64,000 nt of DNA from an uncultured Eubacteriales bacterium (GCA_964580235.1 CAZOJY010000001.1:25573-89572), one strand, 5' to 3'; positions 38,177-48,828 are shown, numbered from the stretch's first letter. Notes: generated by a model from the letters alone, not told the origin. Numbers and translations: made by a program.

Positions 38177-39791
38177 ATTCATATTCGTGACCGGGGGGGT
38201 TCTATCAGCCCTCGGGAAGGGCATTGCCGCCGCCTCTATCGGCATGCTCCTTGAAAGCCATGGGTACAAAATCACCCTTCAAAAATTCGATCCCTATCTC
38301 AATGTTGATCCTGGGACCATGAGTCCCTTCCAGCATGGAGAGGTCTATGTCACAGATGACGGAGCAGAGACAGACCTGGACCTGGGGCATTACGAACGAT
38401 TCACCTCGACAAAAACGACCAAATCTCACAACTGGACGGCCGGCAAAATTTATGCGGCAATCCTCCGGAAGGAACGGAAAGGGGAGTACCTGGGTAAAAC
38501 CGTGCAGGTCATCCCTCATCTGACAGATGAAATTAAAAAAGCATTCCATGCAGCGGCTAATAATAATGACATTGTCATCTCGGAAATCGGTGGGACTGTC
38601 GGCGATATCGAGAGCCTTCCTTTTTTGGAGGCCATCCGGCAAATGCGGTTATCCCTCGGAAAAGAAAATACCCTGTTTGTTCATCTGACGCTCGTCCCGT
38701 TTGTAAAAACCTCAGGAGAACTTAAAACAAAACCCACCCAGCATAGCGTTAAAGAACTGCGGTCGATCGGAATTCAGCCGGATATTATTCTCTGCCGCAC
38801 AGACCGGTTTCTCGATGAAAATATCAAAGCCAAAATATCTTTGTTCACAAATGTCCCTCTCGAAGCGGTTATCACCGCCAAAGATGTCGAAAATATTTAT
38901 GAAATTCCGCTGATTTTTGCTCGGGAAGGGCTGGATAGCATCATTCTCAAGGAATTTAAGCTTCCGTTGGGAAGGCGCCGCTTGACACAGTGGAAAAAGA
39001 TGTTAGAAAGGATGAAAGATCCGAAAGATGAAGTGAACATCGCTCTAATCGGAAAATATGCCGGTTTTCAAGATTCCTACATGAGCTTGAATCAGGCGCT
39101 TCACCATGCCGGAACTGCCCATCAACTGAAAGTCAATATCTTCTGGATTGAGGCCGAAAAATTAGAAGAACAACAACCCAATACTGCCCTGGAATCGTAC
39201 GATGGGATACTGGTTCCAGGAGGATTTGGTATCCGGGGCATTGAAGGGAAAATAAATGCTGTCACTTATGCAAGGACAAAAATGGTGCCATTTTTCGGAA
39301 TATGTCTGGGCATGCAGTGTGCTACCATCGAATATGCCCGAAAAATCGCCGCGCTCGATCATGCCAACAGCACAGAATTCGATAAAAAAACACCCCACAA
39401 AATTTTCTTCAAGTGGCGCGAACTGAAAGGCATCCAAGACCTCGGCGGAACGATGAGGCTGGGAAGTTACCTATGCCGGCTGGAGAAAGGATCGGTCGCC
39501 GAAAAAGCCTACGGCAAATTCAATATTTGGGAACGTCATCGCCACCGATTTGAATTCAATCCCAAATACGAGGAGATATTGCGGAAAGCAGGCCTTGTGA
39601 TTTCAGGGAAAAATCCGAAACATGAATTGGTGGAAATCGTGGAGCTTCAGGATCACCCCTGGTTTTTAGGCTGCCAGTTCCATCCTGAGTTCAAATCCAA
39701 GCCGATAAAGCCCCATCCGCTTTTTAAAGCTTTCATCGGAGCAAGTTATGAATACCGAATCAAAAGAAATAAACATCAGCGAAAAAATTAA
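38169..39791 (+). CDS. pyrG: CTP synthase
   Basis: 540 aa. N-terminal [23 protein letters not shown] and a C-terminal glutamine amidotransferase domain (GICLGMQ, catalytic His). Confidence 0.95.
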   Translation: MTKFIFVTGGVLSALGKGIAAASIGMLLESHGYKITLQKFDPYLNVDPGTMSPFQHGEVYVTDDGAETDLDLGHYERFTSTKTTKSHNWTAGKIYAAILRKERKGEYLGKTVQVIPHLTDEIKKAFHAAANNNDIVISEIGGTVGDIESLPFLEAIRQMRLSLGKENTLFVHLTLVPFVKTSGELKTKPTQHSVKELRSIGIQPDIILCRTDRFLDENIKAKISLFTNVPLEAVITAKDVENIYEIPLIFAREGLDSIILKEFKLPLGRRRLTQWKKMLERMKDPKDEVNIALIGKYAGFQDSYMSLNQALHHAGTAHQLKVNIFWIEAEKLEEQQPNTALESYDGILVPGGFGIRGIEGKINAVTYARTKMVPFFGICLGMQCATIEYARKIAALDHANSTEFDKKTPHKIFFKWRELKGIQDLGGTMRLGSYLCRLEKGSVAEKAYGKFNIWERHRHRFEFNPKYEEILRKAGLVISGKNPKHELVEIVELQDHPWFLGCQFHPEFKSKPIKPHPLFKAFIGASYEYRIKRNKHQRKN

Positions 39792-40596
39792 AATCGGGGG
39801 TTCTCTTCCCCTATTTTTGATCGGGGGACCATGCGTCCTCGAGAGTGAAGATCACGCGGTTTTTCTTGCAACACAGATCAAGACAGCATGCGATAACCTG
39901 GGCATACCGTATATTTTCAAAGCATCTTACGACAAGGCCAACCGTTCATCGCTTTCCTCTTACAGAGGACCAGGATATCCCGATGGCTTGCAAATTCTTG
40001 ATAATATTAAAAATACGCTAGGCATCCCCATCCTTTCGGATGTCCATGAAACCAATCAGATTGACACGGCTGCCCAGGTTCTGGACGTTCTCCAGATTCC
40101 CGCTTTTCTATGCCGCCAAACAGACCTTCTCATCGCGGCCGCCCGCACCGGTAAACCGGTCAATATCAAAAAAGGACCGTTTCTTGCCCCCTATGACATG
40201 AAAAACATCGTGGATAAAGTCCTGAGTCAAGGAAACACAAATATCATTCTGACAGAGCGAGGCACCTCATTCGGATATAACAATCTTGTCTTTGACGTCC
40301 GATCTATCCCCATAATGAAAAACTTGGGATTTCCAGTGGTTATCGATGCCTCCCACAGTGTCCAAAAACCAGGGGGGGAAGGCACTCATTCGGGAGGGGA
40401 GTCGGAATTCATACCACATGTTGCGGCAGCCGGGATTGCTGCGGGAGCAGACGGGATTTTTCTGGAAATCCATGACAATCCTCCCAAAGCCCTTTCGGAT
40501 GGTCCTAACACACTGCTATTAAACAAGTTAGACGGCCTGTTAAAAGTCCTCCTTCGTATAAAAAATGCTATGCCCAGCAGAGAAAAATTTTCATAA
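39748..40596 (+). CDS. kdsA: 3-deoxy-8-phosphooctulonate synthase (KDO-8-P synthase)
   Basis: 282 aa. LFLIGGPCVLESEDH and KASYDKANRSS motifs. Confidence 0.9.
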   Translation: MNTESKEINISEKIKIGGSLPLFLIGGPCVLESEDHAVFLATQIKTACDNLGIPYIFKASYDKANRSSLSSYRGPGYPDGLQILDNIKNTLGIPILSDVHETNQIDTAAQVLDVLQIPAFLCRQTDLLIAAARTGKPVNIKKGPFLAPYDMKNIVDKVLSQGNTNIILTERGTSFGYNNLVFDVRSIPIMKNLGFPVVIDASHSVQKPGGEGTHSGGESEFIPHVAAAGIAAGADGIFLEIHDNPPKALSDGPNTLLLNKLDGLLKVLLRIKNAMPSREKFS

Positions 40597-40635
40597 TGTG
40601 TGAAAAATGCCGATAAATAATCCAGGACGATAATA

Positions 40636-41607
40636 ATGACAAAAAAAGAGATCATCAACATCGGAAAACAAGTTCTCGAGCTAGAAGCAAAAGCTTTGGA
40701 GGCTCTTGTACCCAGGCTCGATGAAAGTTTTGCCAACGCTGTCGAACTCCTTGCGCAAACAAAATCCCGCGTCATAATTACAGGCATGGGAAAATCAGGT
40801 TTGGTGGGACGTAAAATCGCCTCCACCTTGGCCAGCTGTGGAACGCCCGCCCTATATATTCATCCTGCCGAAGCAGGCCATGGCGACCTCGGGATGATCG
40901 TCAAAGATGACATCCTTGTGGCCATTTCTCACAGCGGGGAGACACGGGAAATCAATCCCCTTCTCGAATTTGTAAAAAGGATCGGAATCAAGTTGATCGG
41001 CATCACCGGAGAAAAAAAATCTAAATTGGCTTTGTATAGCGATGTCGTCCTTGAGACAAAGGTCGAAAGGGAGGCCGGTCCAGCCGGAGTGATCCCCACA
41101 GCAAGTTCCACTGCAGCCTTGGCAATGGGAGATGCATTAGCCATTGCTTTGATGAAAAAAAAGGCATTCGGGATCAAGGATTTTGTCTTTTTCCATCCTA
41201 AAGGAGAAGCAGGAAAAAAATTACTTAAAATTAAAACCTTGATGCACAAGGGCAGAGAAATTCCCACCGTTTTTAAAAACGCATCCATGAAAGATGTTCT
41301 TGTAGAAATTTCGGCAAAAAAATTGGGAATGACCTGCGTGATCGACAAAGATAAAACCCTGATCGGAATCATCACGGATGGGGATCTGAGAAGGGCCCTT
41401 CAAAAGCACGGCAGCCATTTCTTCCGCACAAAGGCAAAGGATTGTATTAGCAGCTCTCCTTTTACAATCGATAAAAACGACCTGGCCACAAAGGCTCTCA
41501 ACGTGATGGAGGAGAACAAGATCACATCGCTGATCATCCAGAGCAAAAAGGGGAAACTGGAGGGGATAATACATCTCCATGACCTCTGGCGAACGGAGAT
41601 GTTCTAA
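40636..41607 (+). CDS. kdsD: Arabinose-5-phosphate isomerase (KpsF/GutQ family; SIS + tandem CBS domains)
   Basis: 323 aa. SIS domain (ITGMGKSGLVGRKIASTLASCGTP..ISHSGET) then two CBS domains. Confidence 0.85.
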   Translation: MTKKEIINIGKQVLELEAKALEALVPRLDESFANAVELLAQTKSRVIITGMGKSGLVGRKIASTLASCGTPALYIHPAEAGHGDLGMIVKDDILVAISHSGETREINPLLEFVKRIGIKLIGITGEKKSKLALYSDVVLETKVEREAGPAGVIPTASSTAALAMGDALAIALMKKKAFGIKDFVFFHPKGEAGKKLLKIKTLMHKGREIPTVFKNASMKDVLVEISAKKLGMTCVIDKDKTLIGIITDGDLRRALQKHGSHFFRTKAKDCISSSPFTIDKNDLATKALNVMEENKITSLIIQSKKGKLEGIIHLHDLWRTEMF

Positions 41608-42146
41608 TGACAAATCAAGATCGCGCACAAAACATAAAGTGGATTTTAATGGACGTGGACGGCACTTTAACCGACGGCTCACTCCTTGTTTTTCCCGACG
41701 GCGAAGAACTCAAAACTTACAACGTCCGGGACGGGTTGGGAATACTTCTTGCCCATCTGGCAGGATTAAAAACAGGAATCATCACAGGAAAAACCTCAAA
41801 ATCATTGGAAATTCGTTCTGAAAAGCTGAGAATTGCAGAACTTCATCAGGGAATTTTGGATAAAAAAGGTATTCTGAATGAAATTCTGGAGCGAAACAGA
41901 CTGGCTTCCCGGGAAGTGGCCTACATCGGAGACGACCTTGGTGATCTTGAAGTTATCAAATCCGTCGGGTTTGCCGCTGCCGTGGCCGACGCTCATTCTG
42001 AGATAAAAAAACACAGTCACTTTATCTGTCAAAATCCTGGGGGAAAAGGGGCGGTCCGCGAGTTTATCGAATTTATCCTCTCCACACAAAAAAAATGGGA
42101 AACAATTCAGGCAAATGTGAAAAATCTTGCCCAAAAAAAAACTTAG
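41607..42146 (+). CDS. kdsC: 3-deoxy-D-manno-octulosonate 8-phosphate phosphatase (HAD family)
   Basis: 179 aa. HAD motif I ILMDVDGTLTDG and motif IV GDDLGDLEV. Confidence 0.8.
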   Translation: MTNQDRAQNIKWILMDVDGTLTDGSLLVFPDGEELKTYNVRDGLGILLAHLAGLKTGIITGKTSKSLEIRSEKLRIAELHQGILDKKGILNEILERNRLASREVAYIGDDLGDLEVIKSVGFAAAVADAHSEIKKHSHFICQNPGGKGAVREFIEFILSTQKKWETIQANVKNLAQKKT

Positions 42147-42190
42147 GTTGAGAGAAAATGTCCTACAAATAAGGAGGATAGGAGGAGATT

Positions 42191-43561
42191 TTGGCACTTA
42201 AACCAGAAATATTTAGACAGTATGATATCAGGGGAACCGTTGATAAAGATCTTACTCCGGATACCGTCGAAATCCTGGGAAAGGCAATCGGCACCTATTT
42301 TCGTCGGCACAAGCGATCCCAAGTGGCCGTCGGAAAGGACTGCCGTTTGAGTTCCCCGATTTTTTCCGAATTCCTGAGCAAAGGCCTGCTTTCCACTGGA
42401 TGCGATGTCATAGAATTGGGAACCATTCCCACGCCGCTTCTGTATTTCGCCATCTTTTACAAAAAAATGGCCGCCGGGGTTATGATTACTGGTTCGCACA
42501 ATCCTCCTGAATACAACGGATTTAAAATGATGCTTGGAGAGGAAACCTTGTATGGCCCGGACATCCAGGACATTTTCAAAATTATCGAATCCAAGGCATT
42601 CATCCAAGGAGCGGCTGGCACAAAAAAAACCTATGACATCGTGCCAGAATATTCCGATTATGTGGTAGATAATATTGGGCTGGACAAACGCCTCAAAGTT
42701 GTTGTCGATGCAGGCAACGGGACAGGTGGCGTTGTGGGGGTTCCTATCTTGGAGAGACTGGGATGCGATGTCATAGAGCTTTTTTGTGAAATGGATGGTC
42801 ATTTTCCCAATCACCATCCGGATCCAACCCTTCCCGAGGCTTTGGAAACGCTCATCAAAACGGTTATAGAATCCGGAGCAGACGCAGGAATTGCTTACGA
42901 TGGAGATGCAGACCGAATCGGCATTATCGATGATAAGGGGAAAATCATCTGGGGTGACCAGCTTTTGATTCTGTTTGCCCGGGATATTCTCCCATCCAAT
43001 CCCGGGGCACCGGTAATCAGTGAGGTCAAGGCTTCAAAACTTCTGTATGAAGAAATCGAGAGGCTGGGAGGCCGCCCGATTATGTGGAAAACCGGACACT
43101 CTTTGATTAAAAAAAAGATCAAGCAAGAAAAAGCCTTGATTGCAGGAGAAATGAGCGGACACATTTTTTTCGCCGACAGGTTTTTTGGATTTGATGACGC
43201 CATCTATTCATCAGCAAGACTGGTGGAGATTCTTTCCCGCACAGAAAAAAAACTTTCCATATTGCTTGCCGACCTTCCACAAACCTTTCACACACCCGAA
43301 ATCAGGGTATATGCTTCCGACGCCGTTAAGTTTAAACTTGTCGAAATGGTAAAAAAAGAACTGGCAGAAAAGTACCCCATAGTGGATATCGACGGCGTCA
43401 GGGCCAATTTCCCGCATGGCTGGGGCCTGCTTCGTGCCTCCAACACACAGGAAGCCCTTGTTCTGCGGTTCGAAGCAGATACCGAGCAGGACCTTCAGGC
43501 TATTCGGAAAGAGATCGAACAGGCCCTAGAGCAAGCCATACAAAGGTTGGAAAAGACTTGA
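42191..43561 (+). CDS. Phosphomannomutase / phosphoglucomutase (alpha-D-phosphohexomutase family)
   Basis: 456 aa. Active-site TGSHNPPEYNGFK, metal-binding DGDADR, sugar-binding GEMSGH. TTG start at 42191 preceded by a GGAGGAG-rich region. Confidence 0.85.
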   Translation: MALKPEIFRQYDIRGTVDKDLTPDTVEILGKAIGTYFRRHKRSQVAVGKDCRLSSPIFSEFLSKGLLSTGCDVIELGTIPTPLLYFAIFYKKMAAGVMITGSHNPPEYNGFKMMLGEETLYGPDIQDIFKIIESKAFIQGAAGTKKTYDIVPEYSDYVVDNIGLDKRLKVVVDAGNGTGGVVGVPILERLGCDVIELFCEMDGHFPNHHPDPTLPEALETLIKTVIESGADAGIAYDGDADRIGIIDDKGKIIWGDQLLILFARDILPSNPGAPVISEVKASKLLYEEIERLGGRPIMWKTGHSLIKKKIKQEKALIAGEMSGHIFFADRFFGFDDAIYSSARLVEILSRTEKKLSILLADLPQTFHTPEIRVYASDAVKFKLVEMVKKELAEKYPIVDIDGVRANFPHGWGLLRASNTQEALVLRFEADTEQDLQAIRKEIEQALEQAIQRLEKT

Positions 43562-44352
43562 GTTTTATCGCAATTATTTTTTTAGGAATAACCCAGGGTT
43601 TGACCGAATTTTTTCCCGTCAGCAGCTCAGGACATCTTGTCCTCCTTCAAAACTTATTTGGCTTAAAAGAGCCACAAATATTTGCAGATGTGATGCTCCA
43701 TGTGGGAACTCTCATCTCTCTTTTTGTTTTTCTCCGGCAGGAGCTTTTCGAGCTAATCAAAGGATTCTGGTTGTTTGTGAGGAATCCCAAAATGTATTAT
43801 ACAGACCCAAGAATGAAGCTAATTTTCGGCCTTGTCATTGCCTCAATCCCTACTGCGCTTATCGGATACCTTTTCAGCGATTTTTTCGAATCCCTTTTCG
43901 CCTCTCTCCGAACCGTTGGTCTGGCTTTAATAATCACAGGTTGTTACCTTTTTTTGACAAAATTTGCAAAGGAAAGGCAAAAGAATTTCCTGGCCCATCC
44001 TTTCATCATCGGAATTCTTCAGGGAGCCGCCATTGTTCCGGGATTTTCCCGCTCAGGTTTGACCATCGGGGGAGCCATGTTTTTGGGCTGGAAAAGGGAG
44101 GAGGCAGCTCGTTTCTCCTTTCTTCTCTCTATTCCGGCCATTTGCGGGGCCGCTCTTTTTCAGTTTGGCAAGATTAACATTAACTCTCATCCTTGGTCAA
44201 TTATCATTGCCGGCGTTGTAGTTTCCGCTGTATTTGGCTATTTGGCGCTGGCTCTATTGGTGTCCGCCATAAAAAGGGGGAAATTTTATGTTTTCTCCTT
44301 CTACTGTTTTTTAGCTGGCATTGCAGCTATTGCCTTTTCTTTTGTTATCTGA
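43558..44352 (+). CDS. uppP: Undecaprenyl-diphosphate phosphatase
   Basis: 264 aa polytopic. Conserved GITQGLTEFFPVSSSGHL and PGFSRSG motifs. Confidence 0.9.
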   Translation: MSFIAIIFLGITQGLTEFFPVSSSGHLVLLQNLFGLKEPQIFADVMLHVGTLISLFVFLRQELFELIKGFWLFVRNPKMYYTDPRMKLIFGLVIASIPTALIGYLFSDFFESLFASLRTVGLALIITGCYLFLTKFAKERQKNFLAHPFIIGILQGAAIVPGFSRSGLTIGGAMFLGWKREEAARFSFLLSIPAICGAALFQFGKININSHPWSIIIAGVVVSAVFGYLALALLVSAIKRGKFYVFSFYCFLAGIAAIAFSFVI

Positions 44353-44372
44353 TTCCGAACGGAGAACAATAA

Positions 44373-45449
44373 ATGGATATTCGGGCAGTAATCATGGCAG
44401 GTGGGGTCGGAACTCGTTTCTGGCCCTTGAGTCGAATGCAAAAACCCAAACAATTCCTCCCGATCATCAGCAATAAAACGATGATCGAAGAAACCGTCCA
44501 CCGCCTCTTGCCTCTTATTTCCCCCACGAAAATTCACACGATAGCCAACCACAGATATACGTCAACGATCAAAAATCTTTTGCCACAAATTCCGGAGGAG
44601 AATCTTTTTGTCGAACCCCAGGGAAAAAACACCGCCCCATCATTGATCTTGGCCACAGCCGCCATCTACCTCAAGAATCCCGAAGCTGTGGTTATCGCCC
44701 TTCCTGCCGATCACCTGATAAGAGATGCGGCCCGATTTTTAAAGAAGTTAGAAGCGGCAAGTCAAGCCGCCTGCGATGGCGATCACATCGTCACTTTCGG
44801 AATTCCCCCCTCTTATCCTTCCACAGGATATGGGTATATCCAGTTTTCCCAGAAAGGCCTTTCGAAAATCTCAAGGGAGACGTTTTTTTTCGTGGAAAAA
44901 TTCAAAGAAAAACCCAGCATTGAACAGGCCAACGAATTTCTGGATGCCGGAAATTACTACTGGAATTCCGGGATGTTCCTGTGGCAGGCCAAAACATTTC
45001 CCGTTAAACTCAGCCAATATGCTCCTGCGCTGTTTCCGTTCTGGAAAAAAATGATCAAAGCCCTGGAAATAAAGCAGGAATTCTCCCTGATCTCGGTCTA
45101 TGAAGACATCCCTTCTGTATCAATCGACTACGCCCTGATGGAGAGAGCCAAGCCTGTCTGGATGTGCCGGGGAGATTTCGGCTGGTCAGATGTCGGGGCC
45201 TGGTCTTCTCTTTCAGATATATGGACCAAGGACGATCATGGGAATGCCCTTCGCGGTGAATGTGTCCTTTTGGACTCGGCAAATTGCCTCGTGCATAATC
45301 CCGGCAAGATCACCGCCCTTGTAGGACTGGAGGATTTGATTGTAATCGACACAGAAGACGCCCTCCTCATATGCCGAAAGGACCAGGACCAAAAAGTCAA
45401 AAAGATCGTCGAACACATGAAAAAGATGAATAAAACCGAGCTTCTCTGA
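44373..45449 (+). CDS. Mannose-1-phosphate guanylyltransferase (GDP-mannose pyrophosphorylase)
   Basis: 358 aa. Nucleotidyltransferase N-terminus AVIMAGGVGTRFWPLSR..KQFLPI. Confidence 0.85.
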   Translation: MDIRAVIMAGGVGTRFWPLSRMQKPKQFLPIISNKTMIEETVHRLLPLISPTKIHTIANHRYTSTIKNLLPQIPEENLFVEPQGKNTAPSLILATAAIYLKNPEAVVIALPADHLIRDAARFLKKLEAASQAACDGDHIVTFGIPPSYPSTGYGYIQFSQKGLSKISRETFFFVEKFKEKPSIEQANEFLDAGNYYWNSGMFLWQAKTFPVKLSQYAPALFPFWKKMIKALEIKQEFSLISVYEDIPSVSIDYALMERAKPVWMCRGDFGWSDVGAWSSLSDIWTKDDHGNALRGECVLLDSANCLVHNPGKITALVGLEDLIVIDTEDALLICRKDQDQKVKKIVEHMKKMNKTELL

Positions 45450-45802
45450 ATCTTGCCCGATGGGATTTTTTCCGATATTTTCCTGCAAAACAGCAGCTTC
45501 TGAATTCTGCATCAAATTTGCTAGAATTTCTTGCTATTCCTGGTTCTTTTCTATAATAACTCTCCCCTGAACGTTCCGTGTGTAAGAACATGTACAGCGA
45601 TTGCACTGATCCTGAGCTTTTTGTATTTTTGCTCAAAGAGTTTTTCTGTTCTTCTGACCAGAAGGTATGCCTAGAATCTTTCTTTAAGAATAGACAAAGT
45701 CCATAATCTGGATTTGGAAAAACACAAATTTATACATTCTCTCTTCTATCGTGTTTAAGATATAAGCCTGCCGGAATCATTGACTCGAAAAGCACAGAAA
45801 GC

Positions 45803-47572
45803 TCAGCCTTTTCTTCTTAGAAGGCCGAGCTCCTCAAGCTGCCTGTCCGAGACATCTGCGGGTGAGCCAGTCAGTAAACACAAGGAGCTGGTCGTTTTAG
45901 GAAACGGAATGATATCCCTGATGGAGGACTCTCCAGCCAACAACATCACGATACGATCAAAACCGAGAGCAATCCCCCCGTGAGGAGGAGTTCCGAAACG
46001 AAGGGCTTCCAGGAAAAATCCGAATTTGGCCCTGATCTCCTCCGGTCGCAGGCCAAGAATCCGGAAAACCTGCTCTTGCACTTTGAGATCATGAATTCTC
46101 ATTGAACCGCCCCCAATTTCGACTCCATTAAGCACCACATCATAGGCCTTGGCACTGACTTGAAGAGGCTGTTTTTCCAGCAGTTTTAAATCTTCGTCAT
46201 GTGGAGAGGTAAACGGATGGTGCATAGAAAACAAGCGTTTTTCCTCCTCGTCCCATTCGAAAAGAGGAAAGTCCGTCACCCAGGCAAATTTAAATGTTCC
46301 TGATTTTTTAGCCTTCTCGGGCAAAAATTCCAGGCGCAGTTCCCCTAAAATCTTTAGAGCCCTTAGAGTTTCATCGGCTACTAAAAGTGCCAAATCCTGT
46401 TGGGTGGCCCCAAGCTTTTCCCAAAGGGCTTTAAAATCGCGGTCCTCGAGTTTCAGACTTGACTTGAATCCATCTTGTTTTTTTATCCAGATGATTCCTT
46501 TCCCACCCAGGTCTTTGGCTATTAGTCCCAATCTGTCGACCTGGCTGCGGGACAATTGGGATCCATGTGGCACCAAAAGGGCTTTTAAAACCCCACCGGC
46601 TGAAAGCGGTCTTTGGATGACCGGGGAGTTCACTGCTGAGCCGATTTCAGTCAGGTCTTTAATTTCCATCCCGGACCGCAGATCCGGTTTGTCTGTCCCG
46701 TATTTATCCATGCTTTCGCGGTAGGTGAACCGAGCAAAAGGGCGTTCAATTTTCACGTCAATCAACGCGAATACCGACGTCAGCATGGCCTCCACCAAGT
46801 CAAACACATCCCGTTGGGAAACAAAGCTCATCTCGATATCGATCTGAGTAAATTCCGGTTGCCGTTCAGCCCGAAGGTCCTCATCCCGGAAACAGCGTAC
46901 GATCTGGAAGTACCGATCAAACCCGGAAATCATCAACAACTGTTTGAAGATCTGGGGAGATTGGGGAAGGGCAAAAAATCTCCCCTTGAACATTCGACTG
47001 GGCACAAGGTAATCCCTGGCCCCTTCAGGTGTCGATTTCGTCAAAAACGGCGTCTCGATCTCATAAAAACCTTTCTGACTCATAAAATTGCGAACAGCAA
47101 GAGCTGCCTGATGACGGAGCTTGATATTCCGCTGCATGGAAGGACGTCTTAAATCTAAGTATCTGTGCTTGAACCGCAATTCCTCAGTCGCCTGCGGCGG
47201 ATCCGACACCACAAACGGGGGAACCGCTGATTTGTTCAAAATTTCCAGCTCTTGGGCCTGGACTTCGACATCTCCGGTCGATAATTGAGAATTGCGCAAA
47301 TTTGAATCCCGCGCTTTAACCGTCCCTCTTATGCCCAAAACATACTCCATCCGGAGCTTTTTGGCTTTTTCAAGGAGCTTTTGATTATTGGATCCAATAA
47401 CAACCTGGATCACTCCCTGCCTGTCTCTCAAATCGATAAACACAAGATTTCCCAGATCTCTGTGTTTATGGACCCATCCAAAAAGCGTGACCTTTTTGTC
47501 GACATCATCGATGCGGAGGTCTCCGCAGTATGTCGTCCTCTTCCAACCAGATATATAATCCGATCCCATCAT
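45803..47572 (-). CDS. aspS: Aspartate--tRNA ligase
   Basis: Class II motifs (FRDEDLRAERQPEFTQIDIEMSF; GGGSMRIHD; GLGFDRIVMLL) and N-terminal OB fold. Preferred start is the ATG at 47572, which forms an ATGA overlap with the hisS stop. The first 14 codons of the ORF-track ORF lie inside hisS. Confidence 0.92.
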   Translation of the reverse strand: MMGSDYISGWKRTTYCGDLRIDDVDKKVTLFGWVHKHRDLGNLVFIDLRDRQGVIQVVIGSNNQKLLEKAKKLRMEYVLGIRGTVKARDSNLRNSQLSTGDVEVQAQELEILNKSAVPPFVVSDPPQATEELRFKHRYLDLRRPSMQRNIKLRHQAALAVRNFMSQKGFYEIETPFLTKSTPEGARDYLVPSRMFKGRFFALPQSPQIFKQLLMISGFDRYFQIVRCFRDEDLRAERQPEFTQIDIEMSFVSQRDVFDLVEAMLTSVFALIDVKIERPFARFTYRESMDKYGTDKPDLRSGMEIKDLTEIGSAVNSPVIQRPLSAGGVLKALLVPHGSQLSRSQVDRLGLIAKDLGGKGIIWIKKQDGFKSSLKLEDRDFKALWEKLGATQQDLALLVADETLRALKILGELRLEFLPEKAKKSGTFKFAWVTDFPLFEWDEEEKRLFSMHHPFTSPHDEDLKLLEKQPLQVSAKAYDVVLNGVEIGGGSMRIHDLKVQEQVFRILGLRPEEIRAKFGFFLEALRFGTPPHGGIALGFDRIVMLLAGESSIRDIIPFPKTTSSLCLLTGSPADVSDRQLEELGLLRRKG

Positions 47573-48828
47573 ACCGGCTCCGAAAAAATCTTGAGCAGTT
47601 CCTCCTGGGTGCACATCAACTGTTCCCCGGAGTCCATTTTTTTCAACGGGAACTTCTTTTTTTGAACTTCATCTTCACCAACAATCAAAACCCAGGTTGC
47701 TTCCAGTCTGTCCGCCCGGCTCATTTGAGTGCGCAGGCTGCGCTTTTTGTATTCTATCAGACACTCTGCGCCGGTTCTCCGGATTGCACGTGCTAGATTC
47801 ATCGCCGTTTTTCTGGCCTCCTCTCCCATCGTCACAACATAAACAAAAACATCCGCTTTCTCCTTCCAAAGTACCAGAGAAAGCAGACGTTCCATCCCCA
47901 CTGCAAATCCGATTCCACAGATATCCGGCCCCCCAAAATCCTTCATCATGTCGTCGTATCTTCCGCCTCCCAGGATGGAGTCCTGGGCTCCCAGTTTCGG
48001 CGATATGATCTCGAATGTGGTTTTGGTGTAATAATCCAAACCTCTTACCAAAAAAGGCTCCTCAAGGTATTTTATGCCGTAGGAATCCAGACAGGAACGA
48101 AACTTCCGGAAATGCTCGTCGCATTCAGGACAGAGATAGTCCGTGATTTTCGGGAATTCTTGAGCTATCTCCTGGCAAGTCTCGATCTTGCAATCAAAAA
48201 TCCTCAGAGGATTGGTTGTAATCTTTCGCCGACAATCGGAACAAAGTTTGTCTCTGTGGCTTTCGGCAGAGGCCTTCAAATCCTCATGATATGCAGGGCG
48301 GCATTGACGGCAGCCCACTGAGTTCACAAGAATATCTCTATCCGTCACACCGAGACTGCCGCACAGAAAATCCGCCATTTCTACGATTTCGGCATCGATG
48401 GCTGGATCTTCCTCTCCAAAAACTTCTATATCGATCTGATGGAACTGACGGAAACGGCCTTTTTGAGGTTTGTCATACCGGAACATCGGACCGATAAAGT
48501 AGAAACGCAGCGGTTGTGGTTGTAGATAAAGCCTGTTTGCGATGATCGAACGAACGACAGAAGGGGTGTACTCAGGACGGAGGGTTAGGGAACGGCCCCC
48601 TTTGTCCACAAACGTATACATCTCCTTGGTCACGACATCTGAGGTCTGACCGGTCCCTTTCTCGAAAAGTTCAGTGGCCTCGAAAACCGGGGTTCTGATC
48701 TCCCGGTATCCGTACAGTTCAAATATCCTTTTGGCTTCAGCTTCAACCCTCTGCCATTTTCTGGCCTCTTGCGGAAGGATATCCTTTGTCCCCTTAACCG
48801 CGGCAAATTGTTTTTTTTGTGTTCTCAT
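47569..48828 (-). CDS. hisS: Histidine--tRNA ligase
   Basis: 419 aa. Class II motifs and HisRS-specific regions (RYDKPQKGRFRQFHQ, GGGRYD). 4-nt overlap with accA. Confidence 0.92.
   Translation of the reverse strand: MRTQKKQFAAVKGTKDILPQEARKWQRVEAEAKRIFELYGYREIRTPVFEATELFEKGTGQTSDVVTKEMYTFVDKGGRSLTLRPEYTPSVVRSIIANRLYLQPQPLRFYFIGPMFRYDKPQKGRFRQFHQIDIEVFGEEDPAIDAEIVEMADFLCGSLGVTDRDILVNSVGCRQCRPAYHEDLKASAESHRDKLCSDCRRKITTNPLRIFDCKIETCQEIAQEFPKITDYLCPECDEHFRKFRSCLDSYGIKYLEEPFLVRGLDYYTKTTFEIISPKLGAQDSILGGGRYDDMMKDFGGPDICGIGFAVGMERLLSLVLWKEKADVFVYVVTMGEEARKTAMNLARAIRRTGAECLIEYKKRSLRTQMSRADRLEATWVLIVGEDEVQKKKFPLKKMDSGEQLMCTQEELLKIFSEPV

Noticed and set aside
42143-42817. 224-aa antisense ORF within the phosphomannomutase gene, and similar 150-210-aa antisense ORFs (e.g. 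34005..34529, 34767..35405, 20741..21253, 1126..1458)
   Set aside because: These are shadow ORFs opposite conserved genes, with no domains or ribosome-binding sites.
45797-45835. GCTCAGCC...GGCCGAGC inverted repeat near the aspS 3' end
   Set aside because: It overlaps the last codons and stop codon of aspS rather than following them, and lacks a U-tract in the transcribed orientation, so it is not a clean intrinsic terminator.
47573-47614. First 14 codons of the aspS ORF-track ORF (MHPGGTAQDFFGAG)
   Set aside because: They lie within the hisS coding sequence. The ATG at 47572 forms a classic ATGA stop-start overlap and matches the AspRS N-terminus.
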